Source: a virus
Lineage: Duplodnaviria; Caudoviricetes
Length of the DNA stretch: 63,552 nt
IMG/VR virus record: IMGVR_UViG_3300022744_000006
Coordinates: 1-63,552 of that record
Reading direction: 5' to 3' (one strand)
Of this stretch, positions 19,894 to 28,549 are shown piece by piece; positions within the stretch are counted from its first letter, which is position 1, and each line of letters begins with the position of its first letter. A program made the position numbers and the translations under genes. The notes beneath the pieces were generated by a model that made no database searches, was not told the origin of the DNA, and was given only the letters and a program-made list of their open reading frames with translations.

Positions 19894-20088
19894 CTACTCA
19901 GCAGGCAGCGTGCTCAGCAAGCCTTCGTACTGGACCATCGTGTTGTACGCCGCTGCGCGCTGGGTCAGGACGGTAAGATGAGCGTCCCACTCCATCGTGT
20001 CCACGCCATCCAGACGCGTGTTGTGATGGTCGATGATCGCTTGGAGAACCTCTTTGTACTTTGCTAGTGATGTTGCTGGCATTGCCAT
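19894..20088 (-). CDS. hypothetical protein
   Basis: Small ORF packed between tail genes. Confidence 0.55.
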   Translation of the reverse strand: MAMPATSLAKYKEVLQAIIDHHNTRLDGVDTMEWDAHLTVLTQRAAAYNTMVQYEGLLSTLPAE

Positions 20089-20089
20089 A

Positions 20090-21406
20090 TCAGACTTCGC
20101 TCACTTCCATGCTTGCACCAGCAAGCAATGTCGTGGTGCCGCTTGCCGTTGGCCGCAACATGCGGAACGAAAGCGTACCGGACGCTGTAGACACGATTAT
20201 TCCGCCGCCGAAGTTCATCATTTGCGTTGCGTTTGCTGCAGCTGTTCCCGCAGTGGTCGCACTCGCTACTGCATTGTTCGCGGTCTGAACAATCCAGGCG
20301 AAGTAGCCGCTCGCGGGAGTCGTCCAAACACCAGAAGCTCCAACGCCAGTGACGGTGCCAGTGTAGTTCACAGCAAACTGCAGCGCTTGCGCTGTTGTGA
20401 CTGTGGATATTGCGCCATTTACCACAAACCTGTAGCTGCCTGCGCGAGGCAGTGTGAACGTCATACCTGTTACGTCTGCTAGGGTTGTAGACGTGACAGT
20501 GAACGCGGAGATGACTACCGTCTTTTTGTATTTTGGAACCCATGACGAACCGTTCCACTGCGGAATATCGCCCGACAAAGGAGACGTTACGTTCACGACG
20601 GCTGTAGCGGCATATCCTGCGTCTCGTATGTCCAGTCCGCTGGTTCCGAAGAACTTGGTGACGTTACCATCTGTGACGGACGGGCCACTGTTACGAACCA
20701 CGCTGGCCAGCGTTGTGCCGCTGCCCACAACGTTTCTTCCGCCGGTGTCGGCGAACACGACAATCTCACCGTTGACGGATGAGCCAGGCGTTTCTGTGGA
20801 TATGGCAACTGCCGACGCGAGGATGCCGGAGTCGGATAACGCGCTTCCGGCAGTGCCAGACCACGTGGCAATGTTGCCGGTCACCGAGTTTACCGGGCCG
20901 TTGACGCTGTTCAACGAGTCCGAGTAGCTCACCGAGACTCGGTGGTTGATCGTTGCGTCCGCGGTAGCGTCGTTCCTGACGACTCGCAAATACGCGAGCC
21001 AATCTGCGGAAAGGCCGTCCGCCGATGCCTGCGGAATGGTGATCGTTGTGCGAACCGAAGCCTTGGCGGTGGATGAAATCGTCCCCGAGCCGCTGACCAC
21101 GGTGGCATTTGCGGGCGCCTCCGCACTCTCTGCCGATCCGGTTGGGTTCTGCGCTGACAGCGATACTTCCCACGTCACCGTGCCAGCAGTGAGCGTCTCG
21201 GCATACCAGTCGATGGCGACGGTGATGTTGCCGCTGACGTAGCCGACAGCACGAAACGGATAGGTGATAGCTCTGGTCGTGTCGCTGCCGAGGTAACGCC
21301 AACCAGTCGGGCCGTTCTGCCCAAGCGCAGGCGTGTAGAGCTCGTTGACGCCCGTCCCGGAGTTGTATCCAGCTGGCGCGTCGAAGTCGTGGACGATTGT
21401 TCCCAT
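20090..21406 (-). CDS. tail fibre protein
   Basis: Three GPxSxxxGNI..F..T.G..I.D.G fibre-like repeats; SGDIPQWNGSSWVP motif. Confidence 0.75.
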   Translation of the reverse strand: MGTIVHDFDAPAGYNSGTGVNELYTPALGQNGPTGWRYLGSDTTRAITYPFRAVGYVSGNITVAIDWYAETLTAGTVTWEVSLSAQNPTGSAESAEAPANATVVSGSGTISSTAKASVRTTITIPQASADGLSADWLAYLRVVRNDATADATINHRVSVSYSDSLNSVNGPVNSVTGNIATWSGTAGSALSDSGILASAVAISTETPGSSVNGEIVVFADTGGRNVVGSGTTLASVVRNSGPSVTDGNVTKFFGTSGLDIRDAGYAATAVVNVTSPLSGDIPQWNGSSWVPKYKKTVVISAFTVTSTTLADVTGMTFTLPRAGSYRFVVNGAISTVTTAQALQFAVNYTGTVTGVGASGVWTTPASGYFAWIVQTANNAVASATTAGTAAANATQMMNFGGGIIVSTASGTLSFRMLRPTASGTTTLLAGASMEVSEV

Positions 21407-21409
21407 GGA

Positions 21410-21853
21410 TCAGCTCGGTGCGAGTTGGAGCTGCAGCGCTCCAGGTTGTGCGGTGATCGAGATTCCAGCCGCAGACACCTGCGAAGGCAGGCTGATGGCT
21501 CCGTATGCCACTGACGTTGCCTCGGTGACTCCGGTGCTGGCGGTCCAGTAGACGATGTGGGTGAGTGGGGTTGCCCCGGTCGACCACGCCGCCGAGCTCG
21601 GGCCCCATGTCACTGTCGCGGAGTTTGCGACAAACGTGGTGGCGCCGGCTGCTGGCGCGGAGTAGGCAGAGAACGACATCAGCTGTCGCGCATAGCCTCC
21701 CGTTCCGATCGTTGGCTCCGCAATCGCGCTGACATCGTCACCGGGGTTCGCTGTCGAGAACCCGGCGTAGATGGTAGTTGGAGGCGAACCAGGAGTCTGA
21801 TTCGCCACGAACTTGATCAGCGTACCTCTAAACGATCGAGTGAACCCCGCCAT
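21410..21853 (-). CDS. small tail protein (paralog of 22112..22567)
   Basis: EP..GTGGYARQ, NSATVTW...SAAWST, QVSAAGISIT. Confidence 0.75.
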   Translation of the reverse strand: MAGFTRSFRGTLIKFVANQTPGSPPTTIYAGFSTANPGDDVSAIAEPTIGTGGYARQLMSFSAYSAPAAGATTFVANSATVTWGPSSAAWSTGATPLTHIVYWTASTGVTEATSVAYGAISLPSQVSAAGISITAQPGALQLQLAPS

Positions 21854-22115
21854 GCTGCTCGGCCTCTCGCTGCTTTGCCGTCGGCCTGTCTCCGTGGCCA
21901 AAGGCCATGAGAACTACCTCTTGCGGAGAAACGATTGTGAAGTGAAGGTTCAATACGGAATCGTCGACAAGGAACGCCCTGCCAGAGGCGTACCTCGCAA
22001 CGTGCATCCGCTTGTTCTCGTCTCCCCAAACGAAGATCGAGGTGACAGAAACGCGCTCGCCCGTCTCGTTCTCTGTAAAGAGGATGGGCGGTTGCTCTGG
22101 AGTAGCAGGATTCAT
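21828..22115 (-). CDS. hypothetical protein
   Basis: ATGA overlap with the upstream stop. Confidence 0.5.
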   Translation of the reverse strand: MNPATPEQPPILFTENETGERVSVTSIFVWGDENKRMHVARYASGRAFLVDDSVLNLHFTIVSPQEVVLMAFGHGDRPTAKQREAEQHGGVHSIV

Positions 22116-22567
22116 GCGGAGATGAATCCCATGGACAAGCCGCTGATGGCGACGGTCAACGTGATTCCGGAGGCGTTCACTGCCTGCGGAACGGCGATCG
22201 CCGCGCGCCCGACGAACGTTGCTTCAGTCGTCGGAGACAGCGTCGCTGTGTTCCAGATGGTCAGAACCTTCAGCGTGGTTGCCGCTGTCGACCATGCCGC
22301 CGAGGACGTCCAGCTGATGGCCACGCTGTTCAGCGCCGGAACGGTCGCGTCGAGCGCACCGCTCGCGGGCGTCGCCCAGCTGATTGCCTGGCGCGCGTAG
22401 CCGCCGGTGGAGCTTGGTTCTGTCGTGCCAGCTGTGACGTTTGAACCGTCGTCATTCACCGACGTGTTCGTGTCCAGCCCGGCGAACATTGACTCAAAGG
22501 TGCCGGTCCCGAGAACCGCCCACTGCTGCATCTTCTGCCGGTATCGCCGGCCCCAACCTGTTGCCAT
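22112..22567 (-). CDS. small tail protein (paralog of 21410..21853)
   Basis: EPSSTGGYARQ, NSVAISWTSSAAWST, QAVNASGITLT. Confidence 0.75.
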   Translation of the reverse strand: MATGWGRRYRQKMQQWAVLGTGTFESMFAGLDTNTSVNDDGSNVTAGTTEPSSTGGYARQAISWATPASGALDATVPALNSVAISWTSSAAWSTAATTLKVLTIWNTATLSPTTEATFVGRAAIAVPQAVNASGITLTVAISGLSMGFISA

Positions 22568-22577
22568 TTCTCACGTC

Positions 22578-22599
22578 TATTTCTCATCCCGGAGAAATA
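22578..22599. promoter_or_regulatory. conserved late-gene hairpin, copy 1
   Basis: TATTTCTC-ATCCCG-GAGAAATA; core 14 nt upstream of the ATG at 22567. Confidence 0.8.
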
Positions 22600-22612
22600 C
22601 ACACTAAGAGCC

Positions 22613-22981
22613 CTACAGATTTGTTCGTGCGCGGCGGAGTATCCCGTCGGCCGTCTTTCTGATCACTCTGAAATACTGGTCCTTTTCGTTGCACCAGTAG
22701 TCCTTTTCCACGCCAGCGGCCAAGGGCCACGACACGGTCGACGAAGCTGCGGGAAGAGACGAGCTCGGCCCAAAGTGGATGAAGCAATCGGTGTCGGCAA
22801 CAAACGTCACCCAGCACCCACCGATCGGGATTCCTCCCGACAAGACCAGTGCCGCGGCGGTGCTCACCGCTGTCACCGCAACGGTTGGCTCGATGGCAAT
22901 CGGATCTGCCGATCCATCAGTCTCTGTCGATCCCGACGCGTGCGGGGGTCGTTTCGCAATGGCTGCGCCTTGGCCAAGCAT
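22613..22981 (-). CDS. virion structural protein (putative)
   Basis: Late operon; beta-rich. Confidence 0.65.
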   Translation of the reverse strand: MLGQGAAIAKRPPHASGSTETDGSADPIAIEPTVAVTAVSTAAALVLSGGIPIGGCWVTFVADTDCFIHFGPSSSLPAASSTVSWPLAAGVEKDYWCNEKDQYFRVIRKTADGILRRARTNL

Positions 22982-22982
22982 A

Positions 22983-23402
22983 CTACACGCTCCATGCGCT
23001 CACTGTCGCGCTGACGGACACAGTCCCGCCGCCCGAAGTGAAGTCATACACCGGCCTGATCCACTTCGGAAAATCCGAGTAGGACAATATCACTTCGTAC
23101 GTCCCGATTGCCGGCGAAGAGACGGCGAGAAGGCCAGTGGTTGGAGTGAATGTGAACCCTGTCGGAAGAACCGACAGCTCTTTCCCTGTCGCCAAAGTCG
23201 GAAGCGACAAAGGCGTGATGTCGAGCGCTCTCGCGTCGTCGTTTGTTCCCGTGAGCGCCACGGTTCCGACGAGCGTAGCCGCCGTCACCGTCACGAACAC
23301 CGACATCGTTAGCTTGTTGCACTGAGAAACCTGCACGGTGTAACCGCTAGCGTCCGCGCTTCCTGCTCCAAGCAGTTGCTGATTTTTTACTATGTCTGCC
23401 AC
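22983..23402 (-). CDS. virion structural protein (putative)
   Basis: GTG overlapping the upstream TAG; GGAGG RBS; beta-rich. Confidence 0.65.
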   Translation of the reverse strand: MADIVKNQQLLGAGSADASGYTVQVSQCNKLTMSVFVTVTAATLVGTVALTGTNDDARALDITPLSLPTLATGKELSVLPTGFTFTPTTGLLAVSSPAIGTYEVILSYSDFPKWIRPVYDFTSGGGTVSVSATVSAWSV

Positions 23403-26341
23403 TAACGGCCTCCGTTGCTGATGATCAGCGGGAAAACATCCTCCGCGAAGCGCTTGTCGGTGCGATAAAGTCGCTCCGTTGTCGCTGCGCGATCGTCGTC
23501 TGTCTTGTCTTTCGAGTAGTCGTCTGCCCAAGGCATGAACGAGCTCGGGTCAGCCTGCATAGCCGCTTTGACATCGCGGCCGAGTGTGATCCCCGTGGGC
23601 ATGCCGGGGATGCTGCCGGTGGATGGTCTGATCGAGTCGTGCACCGACGTTACCGTGCTTGCAACGGGCAGCCTTCCGTATGAAGCGACGCGATCCATCA
23701 TCGCGGCCGTGTCTTTGCTCAGCCACTGGGCCCGGTAGGCGTTCGCTCGGGGTTGGATATGCTGGCCAAGCCAGTAGCCGCCAGCCATGCCTGCGGCGCC
23801 GCCAAGGGCCGGTGTTCCGACTAAGGAACCGGCCACTCCTCCGATGCCGCCAAGGATGTAACCGAGCTTGTTGTCCTGCATGTTGAACAGCTTGGGCGGT
23901 GCCTGATTCGCCGTGCGCTGACCTGCGTCCGCGAGCAACCCTGCCGCGTGCTCGCGGGCTTTGTTCACGGACCAGTCCGCGGCCAGGCTAGGACTGGCGT
24001 TTTCGGCGCCGATATCCATCGCATGGTCGACGGCGGCGTACTCATCGCGCAGGTATTCGTTGCGCACGCTCGGGACGGAGTTGACCCCGATCGGTCGGCC
24101 GATGGCGCGAGCGTCGTGGTACATGTGATCGAACGGCACCCCTGCCGTCCCTCCCACGCTGTAGGTTGGATCGCCCACCGTGCCCTGAACGATTTGCTCG
24201 GGGGGTTGGCGAGGCGGGAGCGGAGGCGGTGCCGCGGGACGCGGGGCAGCGGCTGGTGGGAGCATATCCGGAGGTGGCGGAGCTTCCATTCCGGGGGGAA
24301 CTGGCGCCGCTGCGCGCGGCGGAGGTGGCGGAGGCGGCTGCGCTGGAGCCCGGGGAGTCGGCGCGGGCGGAGTGTATCGGGCTGACGCGGGCTTCTGCAA
24401 AGGGCCAAGCTCCTCCCCGATGGGAGGCTCCTGGTACCTTGCTGACACGGGCTTCTGCAGCGGTCCTTGTTCGAGCGTTGGCGGCCCCGGAGGCTGGTAC
24501 CGGGCGCTTGGGCGCGGAAGCGGTGGCCCTCCGATATCTCCTCGCTCCATCCCGTGCTGGTACTCGAACTCTGCCAGCACGGCGGGGTCGAGCTCACCAG
24601 ACGCTACCTTCTGCGAGATGATGTCGTGCTCCATGAGCGCGCCGATGTCGTCGGGTGGTGGAACGTTCGCCCTTCCCTGCGATGCCAGCGCATCGATCGC
24701 GTCTGGCTGGTCGGGAACGGGCACGTTGATCCGCGGCGCGGCGCGCGCGCTGACTTTCGGGGCAGGCGGCGGAACTTCTGCCGGCGGCGGCGGCTGGTAG
24801 CGAGCGCTCGGAACATCACCGCGGGGCGGCGGCGGCGGCTGGTAGTGAGCGCTCGGACGAGCTTCTGTCAGGTCCGCATCCGACAGCTGCGTGACTCCGG
24901 GCTCCGGCGGCAGCGGGTTGCGGGCCTCGTCCAGCGCCGCCAGCTTCTCGACGGCGGAGTACGGATCGGCCCGGTCGATGTCCGCCGCTTCGAGCTCCGA
25001 CAGCGCTCCCACAGGGTCAGGAGGCATGGCCCCCGCGCCCGAGGGTGGAGCCGCGGACGCGGGGCTCTTGCTGGGCAGCGGAGGCGGCACAGCAGAAGGC
25101 TTTCGAGGAGGAGGAGGTGGCGGAACGGCCTTGGCTTCGACCGGCAGGTACTCGTCCTGGACAAGCTCCTTCGGCATGCCGGAATACTCGTCGGCCACCG
25201 ACTTCATCTCGTTGTATTTCCGCGTGGACGTTGGAACGCCCTCGACGTGTCCTGGGTAGCGGCTTTCCGCCACGGACATCAGCTGATCGGCCACGTCCTG
25301 CGGATTGGCCGTAGCGCCAGCTTCGGTGAGAGCTGCGGCGGCGGCTTCCTTCTTTGCCCGAACCTGGTCGACTACCTCTCCGGCCAGCCGACCCATTTTG
25401 TTCACCGGCTGCGGTCCATGCTGAGCAAGCAACCGCTCGGCCTCTTCGACGGTCTGCCGAAGCACTTCGGGCTTTGCCTTGATCGCATCGATCTCTGCGT
25501 CGCTGAGACCAGACGACTTGAGCAGCGCATTCACCCGCAAAGCTTCGCGGTCGGCCATGGCTCCGGGTTCCCTGAGCGCGGCAGCTCGCTTTGTCCCATA
25601 GCCCACAGCCCCCGCGCCGAGTAGGGAGCCAGCGCCGGATAGCATTGCGTCCGTCTTCGAGGCGTCGAACGCCTTGTCTACGTCTCCGGTGTCTCCATAA
25701 GCGCGAGAGAAACCTTGCGCTCCTCCGGTTACTGTGTTGGCGAGAATGTTGCCAGCAATCGCTCGCCCGCCGGTCATGCCGAACTTCGCGCCCGCAAGCA
25801 CCTTGTTTGCAGGTTGCAGCACGCTTGCCACGGTATCCGCGCCGTGGAATGCGTTTGGAGCCTTCCGTTCCGATTCTTCGCTCCAACCTCGAAGTGCCGC
25901 CGCTGCGCGCTTCACAACGTCTGGAGGGAGATCGCTGTTCTCGATGGCCCTCGGGATCGATCTGTCTGCGCCCATGGACAGGCCATGCACCCCGCCGGCC
26001 GCTCCACTCTCAAGCTGTTGGGCAACGGATGCGGTGTCAGCAACAGAAGGGCCTGCGCCTGGAAGTCGAACCTTGAAATCGTTAGGAACTTCAAAGTCGC
26101 CAGTAAGACGCTTGGTATCCGACAACTCCGCTTCTCTGTCAGTGCTGAGACCAAGCCCGCCTCTTACGCTACTTCTTAGGCTATCAAGCCCTTGGAGCCA
26201 TGCGGGCCTTTCATCAGGTGCGGGTGCGGCGGCTGGAGGTGGAGAATCAGCGGAGTTTGACACTGACGCGGGGTCAACCGTCTCGTTAGGCGAGGAGGAG
26301 TCTTCTCCAAGCTCCTTCAGAAGATCTTCGTAGTCGGACAT
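23402..26341 (-). CDS. large Pro-rich putative ejection or internal virion protein
   Basis: 979 aa; Gly-zipper-like hydrophobic segments; SARYQPPP repeats; podovirus ejection-gene position. Confidence 0.7.
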   Translation of the reverse strand: MSDYEDLLKELGEDSSSPNETVDPASVSNSADSPPPAAAPAPDERPAWLQGLDSLRSSVRGGLGLSTDREAELSDTKRLTGDFEVPNDFKVRLPGAGPSVADTASVAQQLESGAAGGVHGLSMGADRSIPRAIENSDLPPDVVKRAAAALRGWSEESERKAPNAFHGADTVASVLQPANKVLAGAKFGMTGGRAIAGNILANTVTGGAQGFSRAYGDTGDVDKAFDASKTDAMLSGAGSLLGAGAVGYGTKRAAALREPGAMADREALRVNALLKSSGLSDAEIDAIKAKPEVLRQTVEEAERLLAQHGPQPVNKMGRLAGEVVDQVRAKKEAAAAALTEAGATANPQDVADQLMSVAESRYPGHVEGVPTSTRKYNEMKSVADEYSGMPKELVQDEYLPVEAKAVPPPPPPRKPSAVPPPLPSKSPASAAPPSGAGAMPPDPVGALSELEAADIDRADPYSAVEKLAALDEARNPLPPEPGVTQLSDADLTEARPSAHYQPPPPPRGDVPSARYQPPPPAEVPPPAPKVSARAAPRINVPVPDQPDAIDALASQGRANVPPPDDIGALMEHDIISQKVASGELDPAVLAEFEYQHGMERGDIGGPPLPRPSARYQPPGPPTLEQGPLQKPVSARYQEPPIGEELGPLQKPASARYTPPAPTPRAPAQPPPPPPPRAAAPVPPGMEAPPPPDMLPPAAAPRPAAPPPLPPRQPPEQIVQGTVGDPTYSVGGTAGVPFDHMYHDARAIGRPIGVNSVPSVRNEYLRDEYAAVDHAMDIGAENASPSLAADWSVNKAREHAAGLLADAGQRTANQAPPKLFNMQDNKLGYILGGIGGVAGSLVGTPALGGAAGMAGGYWLGQHIQPRANAYRAQWLSKDTAAMMDRVASYGRLPVASTVTSVHDSIRPSTGSIPGMPTGITLGRDVKAAMQADPSSFMPWADDYSKDKTDDDRAATTERLYRTDKRFAEDVFPLIISNGGR

Positions 26342-28549
26342 CTACTGCATCCTCACTTCCACGCCGCGTGCCTCGATGTCAGCTATTTGTGCCTGCGTAA
26401 GATTCTTGGGGCGCCAGTTTCCGCCTACCTTCACCATCACCGAAAACGTCTTGCCTCTGTCCTCGATGAGCGCCTTTGTTTTCTCCGGACTCGATGTCGG
26501 CATTGGAGCTGGCGCGACACCGAGATCTCCGGCTGACAGGTTTGCAGGCTTCATTGGGTGCCTGCTCGACTTGGGAGGATGAAACGCGTCTTGGTTTGGA
26601 TCCTCCGAGCCGTCGACATACGGCGAAGCTGCCGCCGCTGCCGCCGCATCGGCATTGCGCTCCGGGTAGTCGATGACGGCTTCTCCACTGTCACCGCGTA
26701 CCACGCTCTGACCGGGTGCCAGGCCCTCTGACCCGGCCCCGGCTGGCGCGGATAGTTGCTGGACTTGAGCCTTGGGGTTCCATTGCGCGGATCCCCAGTT
26801 GTCGGGCCGAAGTCCCATGCCCTGCATTACATCATGAGCCTCATTCGGAGATACGGAAGCAAAACCGCCGATCTTGCTCTGCACAATGTCGTGCATGGTC
26901 TTGAGAGCGATCTTGACGGCTTCGATCGGTGCGCCCGGACGCGTGCCTGCGTTGATCGCGTTGCGCTGCTCCTCGGTCGCTGAGAACGCTGCGCCAGAAC
27001 GGTTGTGAATCAAGTCGTCCTGGAAGTTCGATAGGACTCCGCGCACCTGAGTTGCAGCCAGAGCGCCGAGCTTGATGTCGTCATCTCCTGATGCGCCGCC
27101 AATGTAGACAGCAGCATCTCGAACGAGCTGCGGGGTGTATCCAGACTCGACGATCGGGTTGTCGTGGCCTGTTATGCCGATTCCTGGAACCGTCTTGCCT
27201 TCCTTCTCGTAGGCAGCGATTAGATCTTCTGCCCTTTGAATCTCGAACGCAACCGGCGCGGCTTTCTCCACGCTCTTCATGAACGTCTGACGGTGCGCGG
27301 CGGATCTGGTTGCCTTAGCCTCAGCTTCGAGTCGAAGCTGGTGCTCGCGGTTGAGTCGATTGTTCTCGTCGGTGGCGGCATCGCGCGCCTTTTGACGTTC
27401 CAGCTCCTGAGCTTGCTGAGGAGTCATCGGCTTGTCGGGAAGAAGTGCCATCTCCTCCTGAACCTGGCCGCGTCGAACTTTTCGAGCCGTCTCGGCCTTT
27501 ACGTCCGACACTTCGCCCTCGCCAAGAACTCCGCCGCGTGCTCGCCCAGCCGCCTTCACCTCTGCGGCGTGACCCTCTGCTTTGACCATCGGCTCAGACA
27601 GATTGAGCTTATGTCGAATGGTCGGCAGCGCGGCATTCCAACCCTTGTCAGTGAGATTTCTGTAAATATCGAGCTCTTCAGGCGGAACACCGTTGTTCTC
27701 AAGCATCTTGATCATGCTCTCGCGACTGGCAGCGCTGGCCGCGTCTTGAGCTTCCAGCCGGGCTTTCTTTTCGGCGGCCGTCTCGTTCAAGCGCTCCTCA
27801 CGCTCTCTCGTTGCCTTGATCCGATCCATGGCAAGGTACTGACTTACCGGATCGCCGCTGGCGCCCTTGCCGAGCGCCGCTTGCGCCACGTGCTGCCTGT
27901 ATGCGCGCTTGTCGGCATCAACCTGGCTGAGCAAGTTAGGGATGCCGTGCCCCTTGTTGAACGCCACGTCAGCGAGCAAGGCCCAGCCATTCACGCTCGG
28001 CTCTTCGCCAAGCATCTCGATGGCCTTACGCTTCTCCTCGTCTCCTCTGGCCCTGAGAGCGTCGAGCGGATCAACCTGATCGGGAACACCCTGCGGCTTT
28101 TCTTTCGCGGGTGATGCAGCCTGCGGCGGAGGTGTTGCAGCAAGTGCGGCCGCAGCCTGACCGACCATGTCAGGCTTCTTTGGAGCTTCGGTGCCGGGCT
28201 CGTTCATCGTGGTTTCAGCCAAGGCTTTCGCTGCCTGGGCGACGCGCTCTTCGTCTGGCTTCGGAATGGCCTTTGGGTCCTGCACGCCAGGCTGTTCGTC
28301 CAGCTGGTAGAGCCGGTCCGCGATGCCGGACATGTCGACGCTTCCCGGATCGTAGGGCTTGTCCGGGGTGCTGAGCTCGACGGGATCGTTTCGATCCGTG
28401 AGCGTGAAGTCCATGTCGTACGGGTCGGGAGTTCCGGACGGCTCCGGAGGCTTTGGAGTAGCAGCAAGCGCGGAAACCGCTGCCTGGCGCTCGCGCTCCT
28501 GCTCCTCCGGATCCAGCGGGTCGGTGTTGTAATCGAACGGTGAGGCCAT
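26342..28549 (-). CDS. putative ejection or internal virion protein
   Basis: 735 aa, helical and low-complexity; coupled to neighbours. Confidence 0.7.
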   Translation of the reverse strand: MASPFDYNTDPLDPEEQERERQAAVSALAATPKPPEPSGTPDPYDMDFTLTDRNDPVELSTPDKPYDPGSVDMSGIADRLYQLDEQPGVQDPKAIPKPDEERVAQAAKALAETTMNEPGTEAPKKPDMVGQAAAALAATPPPQAASPAKEKPQGVPDQVDPLDALRARGDEEKRKAIEMLGEEPSVNGWALLADVAFNKGHGIPNLLSQVDADKRAYRQHVAQAALGKGASGDPVSQYLAMDRIKATREREERLNETAAEKKARLEAQDAASAASRESMIKMLENNGVPPEELDIYRNLTDKGWNAALPTIRHKLNLSEPMVKAEGHAAEVKAAGRARGGVLGEGEVSDVKAETARKVRRGQVQEEMALLPDKPMTPQQAQELERQKARDAATDENNRLNREHQLRLEAEAKATRSAAHRQTFMKSVEKAAPVAFEIQRAEDLIAAYEKEGKTVPGIGITGHDNPIVESGYTPQLVRDAAVYIGGASGDDDIKLGALAATQVRGVLSNFQDDLIHNRSGAAFSATEEQRNAINAGTRPGAPIEAVKIALKTMHDIVQSKIGGFASVSPNEAHDVMQGMGLRPDNWGSAQWNPKAQVQQLSAPAGAGSEGLAPGQSVVRGDSGEAVIDYPERNADAAAAAAASPYVDGSEDPNQDAFHPPKSSRHPMKPANLSAGDLGVAPAPMPTSSPEKTKALIEDRGKTFSVMVKVGGNWRPKNLTQAQIADIEARGVEVRMQ

